DNA of 64,000 nucleotides from an uncultured Pseudomonadales bacterium (GTDB lineage: Bacteria > Patescibacteriota > Microgenomatia > UBA1400 > PJMF01): the NCBI GenBank assembly GCA_964457085.1, contig CAYWDM010000005.1, forward strand, positions 12,065 through 76,064, read 5' to 3'. Numbering within the stretch: the first letter of the stretch is position 1; every line of letters begins with the position of its first letter. The notes under the pieces were generated by a model that saw only the letters and a list, made by a program, of their open reading frames with translations, was not told the DNA's origin and searched no databases. Positions 27,909-37,181 of the stretch are shown here, piece after piece. Both the position numbers and the translations under genes were made by a program.

Positions 27909-30179
27909 ATGGACAAGCAGTACGATCACAAAACTAACGAGCAAACAATCTCAAGTTTATGGGACAAAACAGCAGTTTTTAATCCTGATACCTCCAAAAA
28001 AGCTGATACCAACCACAAGCGTAAATCCTTTTGTATCATCATGCCGCCTCCAAATGCGAATGACCCACTGCATATAGGTCACGCAATGTTTGTTTCGCTT
28101 GAAGATGCTCTGATTCGCTATCACCGTATGCTGGATGAAGACACAGTCTGGATTCCAGGCACCGATCATGCGGGTATCGAAACCCAATATGTATACGAGA
28201 AAAAACTCAAAAAAAGCAACCAGAGTCGCTTCCAATTTGACCGCGAAACCCTCTACAAAAACATTTGGAGTTATGTGCAGGACAACAGCGGCGTCGCCGT
28301 TGATCAAATAAAAAAATTGGGTGCAAGTGTTGATTGGTCACGATACAAATTCACCCTTGATGCTGATATTGTTAAAACAGTATTAGCCACCTTCCAAAAA
28401 TTGGCTGATTCTGGCTTGATTTACCGCGATAATAAGCTCGTTAATTACTGTACCAAATGTGGCACTGCATTTAGCAACCTCGAGATTAAACACCACGAGA
28501 GCACCTCTCCACTCTATTATCTAAAATATGGCCCATTTACACTCGCAACCACTCGACCAGAAACCAAATTTGGTGACACAGCCGTAGCAGTTCACCCCGA
28601 AGATGCCAGGTATCAGGAATACATTGGCAAGGAAATCGAGGTTGAGGGTCTCAATGGACTATTCAAGCTCAAGGCAATCGCTGACACTTTTGTCGATAAA
28701 GAATTTGGGACAGGTGTCGTTAAGATTACTCCATATCACGATTTTAACGATTTTGAATTCTGGAAACGCCACAAGGCAGAAATGCCTGAACCAAAACAAG
28801 TCATTGATTTACATGGAAAATTAACAGCTGTGGCAGGTAAATACGAGGGACTTAAAATTGCGGCTGCTCGTGAGCAAGTTGTGGCTGATCTGCAAGCAAA
28901 AGATTTAATCGTTAAAATTGACAAAAACTATCAAAATTCAGTTGCGATTTGCTACCGCTGTAGTAGTGTTATTGAGCCACTACCACTCCCCCAATTTTAT
29001 GTCAAAGTTAAGCCACTTACTCAAGTTGTGCTTGAAAAAATCGATGCAGGCGAAGTTGAAGTAATTGGTGCCGGACACGATAAAATTCTGCGTCACTGGC
29101 TAAATACGCTCGAGGACTGGAACATTAGTCGCCAAATTGTTTGGGGCATCCGCATGCCAGTCTGGTACAACACAAAACAATATCCCAACAGTACTGTGGT
29201 ATTTTTGGATAAAAATGGTCAAAAAGTTAGCGGCCAAATCAGTGAATTGCTGAACCAAGTAGACCACCGGTATTCGCTTGAAGAGATTTCTGCTGGACTA
29301 CAAAGTCTGCATGCACCAGTAGATGCTAGCTTTACCATATCCACCACTTCACCTGGTCCGACATATATCCAGGAAACTGACACCTTTGACACTTGGTTTT
29401 CCTCAAGTCAGTGGCCGTTTGCCACACTGCAGAACACCAAACTAAATGACTTTAAGCGCTTTTATCCCACCAATGTGATGGAAACTGGCTACGACATTTT
29501 GCCTTTTTGGGTGATGCGAATGCTGATGATGGGACTATTCGTGACTGGCACTGTTCCTTTTAAGCAAGTGTACCTCCATGGCCTGGTAAGAGATCAAAAA
29601 GGTCAAAAAATGAGTAAGAGCAAAGGCAATGTAGTCAATCCACTTGAAATCACCGAAAAATATGGTGCTGATGCCCTCAGAATGGCACTAGTCATTAGAT
29701 CGTCTGCAGGTTTAGACAAGTCTGTTGGCGAGGGAGATTTTAAAGCAATGCGAAATCTTTCAAACAAAGTCTGGAATGCCGCGAGATTTGTATTGATGCA
29801 GCAAGATAATACTGCCTTTTCTGCAGCTGAATTGCCAGCGGACAAACAGTTTCTGAGTAAAATATCAGATCAAGAAGTCATCGACAAACTCTCTGATCTG
29901 CGATCCCAAGTTAGTCGAAATCTTGACCAACTACAAATTGGCTTGGCCGCGGAAACAACCTACAATGAGTTTTGGCATTGGTACTGTGATCAAATAATTG
30001 AAGCTGGAAAATACGGATACATCAATAAAAAAACCGTTTTGTATGGACTACAATCATTCTTAAAAATGTTGCATCCATTTATACCTTTCGTTACAGAAGC
30101 AATCTGGCAAGAGTTGTATGCCCTAAAGCTTGTTGCTGAACCAATCTTGGCTGCTAGTTCCTGGCATGAAAATACTTAA
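27909..30179 (+). CDS. valS: Valine--tRNA ligase (short form without the C-terminal coiled-coil arm)
   Basis: PPPN...LHIGH, GTDHAGIETQ, TTRPET, DWNISRQIVWG, DTFDTWFSS, KMSKSKGN. Start ATG 27909 is 8 nt below TGcTACAAT. Confidence 0.95.
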   Translation: MDKQYDHKTNEQTISSLWDKTAVFNPDTSKKADTNHKRKSFCIIMPPPNANDPLHIGHAMFVSLEDALIRYHRMLDEDTVWIPGTDHAGIETQYVYEKKLKKSNQSRFQFDRETLYKNIWSYVQDNSGVAVDQIKKLGASVDWSRYKFTLDADIVKTVLATFQKLADSGLIYRDNKLVNYCTKCGTAFSNLEIKHHESTSPLYYLKYGPFTLATTRPETKFGDTAVAVHPEDARYQEYIGKEIEVEGLNGLFKLKAIADTFVDKEFGTGVVKITPYHDFNDFEFWKRHKAEMPEPKQVIDLHGKLTAVAGKYEGLKIAAAREQVVADLQAKDLIVKIDKNYQNSVAICYRCSSVIEPLPLPQFYVKVKPLTQVVLEKIDAGEVEVIGAGHDKILRHWLNTLEDWNISRQIVWGIRMPVWYNTKQYPNSTVVFLDKNGQKVSGQISELLNQVDHRYSLEEISAGLQSLHAPVDASFTISTTSPGPTYIQETDTFDTWFSSSQWPFATLQNTKLNDFKRFYPTNVMETGYDILPFWVMRMLMMGLFVTGTVPFKQVYLHGLVRDQKGQKMSKSKGNVVNPLEITEKYGADALRMALVIRSSAGLDKSVGEGDFKAMRNLSNKVWNAARFVLMQQDNTAFSAAELPADKQFLSKISDQEVIDKLSDLRSQVSRNLDQLQIGLAAETTYNEFWHWYCDQIIEAGKYGYINKKTVLYGLQSFLKMLHPFIPFVTEAIWQELYALKLVAEPILAASSWHENT

Positions 30180-30618
30180 CATTCTCTGGTTTTACAGTCG
30201 ACTCTGCATCGTTAATCTTAGCTTCATTTTTTGGTACGTCTTTCACCTATATTTCAGCACTCGCATTTTTCTGATCTCGCTCTGTGCAGTTAGTTTTACA
30301 GTGCTGTTAGTGATTTTTCAGATTTTTACCTGGAAAACACCTTTTTTTACTGTAGTAGAAACTGACCAAAAAAAGAATATTTTACTCAAGAACACCCCTG
30401 AAGAATTTACAGAGAAAATATATACGGCTAACCAAATAAATGAGCGTGAAAAGCATTTATACGCAAACCTCGCCAAACAACCCAACCACAGAGACATACT
30501 CATTAACTTGACTCTGCTCCACTCTATGGATGATAGCTCTGCCGAGCTGACTAATATTAAAAACAGGCTGTTGATTGTTGATCCTAATCATTTCATTGTT
30601 CGTCAGATAGTCAGATAG
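30166..30618 (+). CDS. Hypothetical membrane protein
   Basis: N-terminal hydrophobic segments and a helical C-terminus ('QPNHRDILINL'); overlaps the valS stop. Confidence 0.55.
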   Translation: MKILNILWFYSRLCIVNLSFIFWYVFHLYFSTRIFLISLCAVSFTVLLVIFQIFTWKTPFFTVVETDQKKNILLKNTPEEFTEKIYTANQINEREKHLYANLAKQPNHRDILINLTLLHSMDDSSAELTNIKNRLLIVDPNHFIVRQIVR

Positions 30619-30639
30619 ATTTTTTTATTCAACCAAAAC

Positions 30640-30668
30640 AAAAAAACCGCACTAGTTAGGTGCGGTTT
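30640..30668 (-). terminator. Rho-independent terminator downstream of rplY
   Basis: AAACCGCAC-N7-GTGCGGTTT hairpin with an A-run on + (U-tract on -). Confidence 0.85.
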
Positions 30669-30688
30669 AGACAACAAATTGATTAGAG

Positions 30689-31336
30689 CTAGGTTTTTTC
30701 TGGCTCAGCTACTTCTGGAGTAGCTGCTTCGCCCTCACCCTCAACCACAGTCTCTGGAGTTGTTTCTTCTTCAACCTCAACTTTTTGCTCCTGCACTAAT
30801 ACGATTGGGGTCTCTAGATCTTCTTCAGACAACATTAAGGTAACTTTGTCACCAAATGTAGCGACATCTTTAATCAAAATACTTTGACCAATTTCTGTGA
30901 GTATGCCTAGATCAACGACGATCTTTTCTGGCATTTCGGTTGGTAATGCCTCAAGTGGTAGAGTCTCTTTGAGCGTAACCAACACACCGTTTGTAACGTC
31001 AAACACACCAGTGAACTCAATGGCCACTTCAGCAGTAATCTTCTCTTTGAGTGACACATTTCTAAAAACTACGTGTAAAAATTTACCAGAAAGAGGATCG
31101 ATTTGAACTTCTTGAACCAAAACTGGCAACTGCTGTTTGCCATCGATTTCCAAGTAAACCAAACCACTCTCCCCTACATGATCATACAATTTAACAAAAT
31201 CAGTCGATTTCACAGTCAGCATAATTGACTCTTTACCTGGCAAATAGACATTTGCAGGCATTAAACCCTGACTTCTAATTAGCTTTGGCTTGACGCCACT
31301 CTCTCTATGTGCGGCATTAAACACTACTTTTTGCAT
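30689..31336 (-). CDS. rplY: 50S ribosomal protein L25/general stress protein Ctc
   Basis: R..G.MPANVY, VLVQEVQIDP...LHV.F, LEALPTEMPE, GQSI.IKD, acidic tail; TATAAT and AAAGGT upstream. Confidence 0.93.
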   Translation of the reverse strand: MQKVVFNAAHRESGVKPKLIRSQGLMPANVYLPGKESIMLTVKSTDFVKLYDHVGESGLVYLEIDGKQQLPVLVQEVQIDPLSGKFLHVVFRNVSLKEKITAEVAIEFTGVFDVTNGVLVTLKETLPLEALPTEMPEKIVVDLGILTEIGQSILIKDVATFGDKVTLMLSEEDLETPIVLVQEQKVEVEEETTPETVVEGEGEAATPEVAEPEKT

Positions 31337-31524
31337 ATCTACCTTTCAGGTGATTTTCTTGATGCAAGCATTATAGCCTATCAGCCAATAGCTCCAACCG
31401 CCTATCGAGACGTTAATGTAGCGTTCAGGTTCTATATCATTTGAGCTCAAACTAAAAAACGAAAACTCACCAAAAATGGTGTTAAAAAAGATTGACTGAA
31501 GAAGTAAAAATAAATAAGTTTTCG

Positions 31525-31540
31525 GGTCTCACGTGAAAAA
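31525..31540. promoter_or_regulatory. Possible parS-like site
   Basis: GGTCTCACGTGAAAAA matches TGTTTCACGTGAAACA at 13/16; intergenic, about 7 kb from oriC. Confidence 0.3.
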
Positions 31541-31567
31541 CATGCGTAGCATCAATCCAAAATTGCC

Positions 31568-34500
31568 CTACTCCAGAGTTAGACCAACAGCCTCATCGCC
31601 AAATTCAGGAATTTGAAATCTAAGCACGTTCCCATCAATGTCTGCTTTTGGAGCAACAACCCTTGCCTTGAGTTTTTTATCAAGTGTTACTATCACTTCT
31701 TTACTTGCCCTATCGCCCGATTGTCTTTGGTTAAAAAAGAAGTATGAAAAAGGTTTTTCAAAGGCGTGATCAAGCTGATATTCAAGACGTACAACCATGT
31801 TTTTTTGCTTGGCCACATCTACAGATGCTCCAAGAATCCGCTGTCCGTTTTCTGTATAAATTGTAAGGGCTTCTGAACTAATTGGTATCGAATTGAGTGA
31901 AATTGATAGTAACTTTGAAGTGGCAGGAATGTAAAATTTCAGATACGCTCGGTATGTCCCCTGAGGCCAAAGATCTAGCTTGGCGTTATTTATGTATGTG
32001 ACTACACGTTGGTGAATGACATTTTTTTCATTGATTGCGATTTTATCTTCTACTTTTTTCTCAACATATCCGTTAACTTTATTGATGCCTACATTAGCAT
32101 CAACTTGGTAAAGGCTGTCAAGAACACATGTGTTTTCAAGAAACTGACTGGGACATTTGGGTGTAATTAAACTACCATCCCAACCAAGTTCCTTTAGTAA
32201 CTGTGCGTCATCAGTATTAAAGCTGCTAAAAGCTATCTCTTTTCTCTGTAGGCCCCTATAAAAAACTTCAAAAAATTGAGTGGCTTTCTCAGCTTCGAGT
32301 TTCTTGATTTGGTCAAGTATTTTGGTTAATACTAAAGCAGTATATTCAACTTTTTTGCCCGCTTTATTTTCAACTTTCCCCTCTGCATGAAACTCCAATT
32401 TGTCATAGATATTTTTATCTGTAATTTCTTCATTAAATTCATCCAAAGATATGGGCCCAGTTATCTTTAATAGTTCCTGAATTGAGCTGTAGTTGAGAGC
32501 AATTACTCCGTCAACAGATCTTCCTAAAGACTCCTCGACAAACCAGTTGACTTGTTTTGCTGTGGTTGGAAAATCTGGGTTCCAGTTACTATCCCGCAAG
32601 TACCATTTCTGCTCCCCGAGTGTTTTCTTAATTTCATCCGGAGGCTTGACTGCACTAGTCAATTTATTATCAATCTCATAGGTGTTATAGACTTTTGAAT
32701 CAACTAACACTCCTCTATTCCACGTTAATAGCAACACATTTTGCAAAAATCCTCCAGTTGGCCGAAGTTCCAAATCATTTTGAATTAAAACTGCATAGGT
32801 CTTTTTTTCTTTCATGCCAAGAATTTCTGGAGTTGCTTGTAAAAACCTAGCAATTATTGCTGAATTATCAATATTTTTATTAATGTTATCTGTACTCCCA
32901 CTTAATATGTCCTGTTGTGACTGAGTCAGATCAGCAATGTCGATTCTCTCAAAAAAACCAAGCAGAGAGCTCAGTTTTTCATGCGAACTTCCCAATAATT
33001 CAACCATTCCTTGACTGACAGAGTTTATGTCGTATTCTGCCCCACCCTGAATGCCATCCAACCATTGGGCTGAGGTTTTGTTAATTTTCTGATTAATCTC
33101 TACTATTTCACCAATTACTGATGCTAATTCCGCCAATACTTTTCCTCCTTCCACCATCTCTTCTTTGACAATTTTTGAATACTCTGTAACCTGTGTCTCA
33201 AGAAGACTCGTCCAGTTGTTTTGGCCATCAACTAATTGCTGTGAGTTTGCTGCCTCTGCAAGTGATAAAAAGACTGCTTTTCTCGACTGAAAAACCGATA
33301 GCTGATACAAGCCGATTAATAAGGCTGTCACACAACCTGCCCCCACCAAAGCTAGACCTCCAAGGAACATTGCCTTATGTTTCTTGGATTTGAAGATAAT
33401 CTTTTTTGTAGCTTTTACTTTTTGAGTAATGCGTTGTTTTTTTTGGCTAGTCCTGGAAGTTAAAAAGATTTTTTGGAGTTCCTGATCAAGATATACAACT
33501 CCTTTTTCTTTTATTTCAATTGGTTCATCAGCCTTTTTTTGTTCTTTCAGGATTTGGGTTGCAGAGATTGATTCATCCCATGTTTCAATGACAAGATCTT
33601 CTTGCATTTTACCAGGCTCAATATCATCTTTTTCCTGATTCATCAATATATTATTTACATAGTGATGATTCTCAGGGGTAGTTTTAGTGTCGGTTTTTTC
33701 CGATTCTACATCTTCCTTGTAAGTAGATTTACCGGTGTTTTTATGCCATTTAGTGGGCAGGTGGCTAGAATTGATGCGTGATTCACCTTGGCTGTATGTA
33801 GCTAAATCTTTCACGGATAAATTGATTGGGTCTTTTTCAGCTTGAATTAGCTCTGTATTTATTTTTTGAATCTCCTTTAGAAAAGAGGGGAGAGAACGCA
33901 CTTTTGAGTCAAGCATCTCCTCACAGGAGGTCTGAGTTTGACAAGAAATTGACTCCGCGATGAGTGCAAGTGGACTTGATTGAGCAGTTACACTCAATAT
34001 AGAAAGGTTCTCTCGAAAATATTGATAATATGACCGTTTTATTTTGTCCAACCAAAAACTTGCGAGTTTTTTCTTACCATGTATGGTCACGACTTGAGAT
34101 ATATGAGGTTTGAGTAACTGAGCAACAACTGCGAGATACACTGCATCAATTGGTTGTAGATATACTGGACATTCTGGGTCAAATAAAACTCCCTGAGATA
34201 CTCCTAGAAAAGAGTAGAGTAATGGTAATTCCATGTTCTCTGAATAATCAGCTGTGTCGATTCCAATAAAAATCTGAGCTTTATTAAACTGTGTTAGTTT
34301 ATTGACCACATCCTTCTCAAAATTGTTGATTTGCTGGAAACCAACTAGGATTGGAGAAGAAAACTCACTTAGATCGAGAGAAGATCGGTGAACAATGGCG
34401 ATAATGGACTCAGACCTTTTACTCAAGATGTTTAGCGATTCTAGCGTCAGAATATGTTGCTGTAACAGTGTATTATTCTGATGGACTATGTCATTTAGCC

Positions 34501-34726
34501 AGCTGCTCTGAGAAGAAAAGCCATGTAAAAAAAGTATTTTATAGATCTGGTGGTTTTTGTAATCCAAATCTTCGAGAGTTATCTCGAGTGCATTTGGTTC
34601 AACTCGGCAAACTGCCAGCCCACTTTCAAGAAAAAACTCTTCCAGCCACACCGCCAGAATGGACTGATCATCGACGATGACCACCACTGGTTCGGAAGAG
34701 ATGGCAGCAATATATGAAGAACCCAT
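31568..34726 (-). CDS. DUF4012-domain membrane protein with long N-terminal cytoplasmic region
   Basis: QNDLELRPTGGF, RDSNWNPDFP, VDGVIAL, DANVGINKVN after a single TM helix. ATG 34726 is preceded by GGAG and TGcTACAAT. Confidence 0.85.
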   Translation of the reverse strand: MGSSYIAAISSEPVVVIVDDQSILAVWLEEFFLESGLAVCRVEPNALEITLEDLDYKNHQIYKILFLHGFSSQSSWLNDIVHQNNTLLQQHILTLESLNILSKRSESIIAIVHRSSLDLSEFSSPILVGFQQINNFEKDVVNKLTQFNKAQIFIGIDTADYSENMELPLLYSFLGVSQGVLFDPECPVYLQPIDAVYLAVVAQLLKPHISQVVTIHGKKKLASFWLDKIKRSYYQYFRENLSILSVTAQSSPLALIAESISCQTQTSCEEMLDSKVRSLPSFLKEIQKINTELIQAEKDPINLSVKDLATYSQGESRINSSHLPTKWHKNTGKSTYKEDVESEKTDTKTTPENHHYVNNILMNQEKDDIEPGKMQEDLVIETWDESISATQILKEQKKADEPIEIKEKGVVYLDQELQKIFLTSRTSQKKQRITQKVKATKKIIFKSKKHKAMFLGGLALVGAGCVTALLIGLYQLSVFQSRKAVFLSLAEAANSQQLVDGQNNWTSLLETQVTEYSKIVKEEMVEGGKVLAELASVIGEIVEINQKINKTSAQWLDGIQGGAEYDINSVSQGMVELLGSSHEKLSSLLGFFERIDIADLTQSQQDILSGSTDNINKNIDNSAIIARFLQATPEILGMKEKKTYAVLIQNDLELRPTGGFLQNVLLLTWNRGVLVDSKVYNTYEIDNKLTSAVKPPDEIKKTLGEQKWYLRDSNWNPDFPTTAKQVNWFVEESLGRSVDGVIALNYSSIQELLKITGPISLDEFNEEITDKNIYDKLEFHAEGKVENKAGKKVEYTALVLTKILDQIKKLEAEKATQFFEVFYRGLQRKEIAFSSFNTDDAQLLKELGWDGSLITPKCPSQFLENTCVLDSLYQVDANVGINKVNGYVEKKVEDKIAINEKNVIHQRVVTYINNAKLDLWPQGTYRAYLKFYIPATSKLLSISLNSIPISSEALTIYTENGQRILGASVDVAKQKNMVVRLEYQLDHAFEKPFSYFFFNQRQSGDRASKEVIVTLDKKLKARVVAPKADIDGNVLRFQIPEFGDEAVGLTLE

Positions 34727-34793
34727 GGGCAAGCTCCGCTCAAATCATTGTAGCAGTCGACGGTGGGGGAGCAACCTTCAGCTCAACTTCCTT

Positions 34794-35204
34794 TTATAAG
34801 CCTCGATCCATGGCGATGTTGGCAAGCTCATCGGCACGAGCATTTTCAGCCCTTGGGATATAATTAAATGAGTATTTGATTTTAACTTCAGCCAATAACA
34901 TCCAACATTTTTGAGCTAATTCTTGGAGTCTAAACTCTTTAATCTTCCAGCGTCGACTTAATTGTTCAACAACAAGTTTTGAATCAAGTCTCCAGCATAC
35001 TTCGATTAGATGTAAATCGGTTTTTTTAAGCCATTTAAGTGATTCAATTACTGCCTGATATTCAGCTTCATTGTTGGTCTTATGTCCCAAAAATGCATTT
35101 ATAGTATGTATTTCTTTATTGTCCTCAGTAAAAACTGCTACCCCGATACCTGCAGGACCAGGATTTCCTCTCGAACCGCCATCAGTGTTTATATACACTT
35201 TCAT
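34794..35204 (-). CDS. rnhA: Ribonuclease HI
   Basis: TDGGSRGNPGPAG, TNNEAEY, DSKLVVEQ, PRAENARADELAN. Confidence 0.93.
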   Translation of the reverse strand: MKVYINTDGGSRGNPGPAGIGVAVFTEDNKEIHTINAFLGHKTNNEAEYQAVIESLKWLKKTDLHLIEVCWRLDSKLVVEQLSRRWKIKEFRLQELAQKCWMLLAEVKIKYSFNYIPRAENARADELANIAMDRGL

Positions 35205-35206
35205 GT

Positions 35207-35686
35207 TTATTCCGAATCAGGATATCCTTCATTTTTTATGCGCATCACCAGCACACGACCTCGATCTGTGTCTTCAGAAATAGTTTCCAGATCATTAAAT
35301 CTCATATCCTGACTTACTGCATGATGGATCAAATATCGCTCGTATGAATTTAAATAGCCAAAGCTATAACTTCTCCCTGATTCGAGAACTTTTTCAGCCA
35401 CAGAAAGTGCCTTTTCTTGTAATCGTTGTTCTTTTTGCTGTCGATAGTCTCCGATATCAAACACGATTTTCTGCTGAGCAAATTCTTCTTGGAAAACCAG
35501 GCGAAGAACCAGTTCAATAGCATCAAGTGTTTCACCTCGAGTACCAATAAAAATGCTTTTATATTCTTCTGATAGTTCAAGACTAACTCGAAGTCTTTCG
35601 CCATCCTGAACTGTGGTAACTGAAAAATCTTCTTCTGTTAGGCCACAGTGACTGCACAGTTGTTGAACGTATTGTTCAATTGTCAT
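35207..35686 (-). CDS. jag: Jag/EloR(KhpB)-like KH + R3H RNA-binding protein (short form)
   Basis: IGTRGETLDAI (KH), DIGDYR, ERYLIH (R3H); follows yidC. Confidence 0.85.
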   Translation of the reverse strand: MTIEQYVQQLCSHCGLTEEDFSVTTVQDGERLRVSLELSEEYKSIFIGTRGETLDAIELVLRLVFQEEFAQQKIVFDIGDYRQQKEQRLQEKALSVAEKVLESGRSYSFGYLNSYERYLIHHAVSQDMRFNDLETISEDTDRGRVLVMRIKNEGYPDSE

Positions 35687-35696
35687 ATTAAACTCC

Positions 35697-36458
35697 TTAT
35701 TTTCTAGTCTGCATCCAGAGACTTAATCGCTTGTAGTAAACGGCGAGGCCTCCAAGTCCAGAAACAAAATATTGTTGTACTACACTAAAAACGGTGGTGA
35801 CCACCCAATAAAGAGCTAGTCCTGCTGGAAATTGCACCGCAAAAAAGCCAGTCATTATGGGCATGATGTACATCATCTGTTGTTGCATGGTTGCTGCCAT
35901 CTCAGCAACATCTTCTTCTTTTTTATTTTCTTCTTGAACTTTTATTTTCTTACTCGAATTAGAAACTTTATCAGCCGTTTCTGTAACAGGCATAATCATC
36001 ACTGAAAGTATTAGCTGAGTTAAACCTGCTAATACAGGTAATACATAGCTATGATCTGGCTTAGTGAGATCTAAACCAAAAAAGTTGAAGTTGAGTGCCA
36101 CCCCATTAAAAGTTGGATTATTAAAGAAACTGAGTAGTGCTTGATATAGAACAATTAATACACCAAGTTGTAGCAGTTGAGGCAAACATCCCGCCAAGGG
36201 GTTAATGTTGTATTTTTTATACAACTCTGCTTGAGCTTGTTGTAATCCAGTCTTATCACCTTTGAATTTTAGTTTCAGTTTATCAAGTTCTGGTTTAAGA
36301 TCAGCAATTTGCTTTTGTGCCTTGATGGAGGGGAGAGTAATAGGAATTAAAATGGCTCGAATTATTATGGTGAAGAGCACTAATGCCCAGCCCACGCTTC
36401 CAACCATAGTATGTAATATAAAAAGCAACTGAGAAAATTGTGCGATTAAAAAGGACAT
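35697..36458 (-). CDS. yidC: Membrane protein insertase YidC/Oxa1 (short form)
   Basis: GWALVLFTIIIR..LIP, LYKKYNINPLAGCLPQLLQ, PAGLALYW, QQY. Confidence 0.95.
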   Translation of the reverse strand: MSFLIAQFSQLLFILHTMVGSVGWALVLFTIIIRAILIPITLPSIKAQKQIADLKPELDKLKLKFKGDKTGLQQAQAELYKKYNINPLAGCLPQLLQLGVLIVLYQALLSFFNNPTFNGVALNFNFFGLDLTKPDHSYVLPVLAGLTQLILSVMIMPVTETADKVSNSSKKIKVQEENKKEEDVAEMAATMQQQMMYIMPIMTGFFAVQFPAGLALYWVVTTVFSVVQQYFVSGLGGLAVYYKRLSLWMQTRK

Positions 36459-36466
36459 ATATTGTT

Positions 36467-36670
36467 TTACCAGCAGCTAATAATACGGAGAATTCCTCGA
36501 CTCAATCCAACAATTGTACCATGTGTTTTTAATTGACTTTCCAGATATCTACTACAAGTTGGACTGTGTTTGCAATAAAAATTATAGCCAAAAACGCTAA
36601 AGAGTATTTGGTGTTTAATCGAAGACCACATTCTGTAGAAACGGATGAGAATAATAGAGAAGTTTTTCAT
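36467..36670 (-). CDS. yidD: Membrane protein insertion efficiency factor YidD
   Basis: LIRFYR, CKHSPTCSRY, HG...G...RIISC; sits between rnpA and yidC. Confidence 0.88.
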   Translation of the reverse strand: MKNFSIILIRFYRMWSSIKHQILFSVFGYNFYCKHSPTCSRYLESQLKTHGTIVGLSRGILRIISCW

Positions 36671-36984
36671 TTATTAAAGGGAGAGATTATTTTTTTGAAT
36701 TCCTCCGAAATTTTTGAGGTGGAAACAAGTTTTTTTACGATTATCACTAATTGCAAAGAGTTAGAATTTCTGAAAAAGTCTTCGATCAAGACATATAAAT
36801 GACGCTTGATGGCATTTCTAACAACAGCTTTTTTAGAGACATTTTTACCCACGACAACCATTGCAATTGGTTCTCCGGCACCACATTTCAATACTAAACT
36901 ACTAGAGTGAATTCGAGAAAAAAACGGTAATCGCTGTCTCATCTCTGCAGAAGCGAGATTGAGTTTACGATTCTTTGCTAGCAT
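36667..36984 (-). CDS. rnpA: Ribonuclease P protein component
   Basis: MLAKNRKL, 'VVGKNVSKKAVVRNAIKR' (RNR-like motif); follows rpmH. Confidence 0.85.
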   Translation of the reverse strand: MLAKNRKLNLASAEMRQRLPFFSRIHSSSLVLKCGAGEPIAMVVVGKNVSKKAVVRNAIKRHLYVLIEDFFRNSNSLQLVIIVKKLVSTSKISEEFKKIISPFNK

Positions 36985-36987
36985 GGG

Positions 36988-37137
36988 TTATGATTTCTTG
37001 CGAACGGCGAGTTGTTTACGACCTTTTGTGCGTCTTCGCTTGATCATTTTGCGACCATTAAAAGACTTCATTCTTTTTAAAAAGCCGTGTACACGCAATC
37101 GTCGTTTCTTTTTAGGATTCCATGTTCGTTTTGTCAT
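36988..37137 (-). CDS. rpmH: 50S ribosomal protein L34 (absent from the ORF track)
   Basis: Own translation: [49 protein letters not shown]; TGaTATAAT 8 nt upstream. Confidence 0.97.
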   Translation of the reverse strand: MTKRTWNPKKKRRLRVHGFLKRMKSFNGRKMIKRRRTKGRKQLAVRKKS

Positions 37138-37181
37138 AGGCGGAGATTATATCAGCAGTTGAGTTTTTTGAGGAGTCCCTC

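Noticed and set aside
36959-37162. 67-aa + strand ORF
   Set aside because: Antisense shadow of rpmH, which is clearly encoded on the minus strand.
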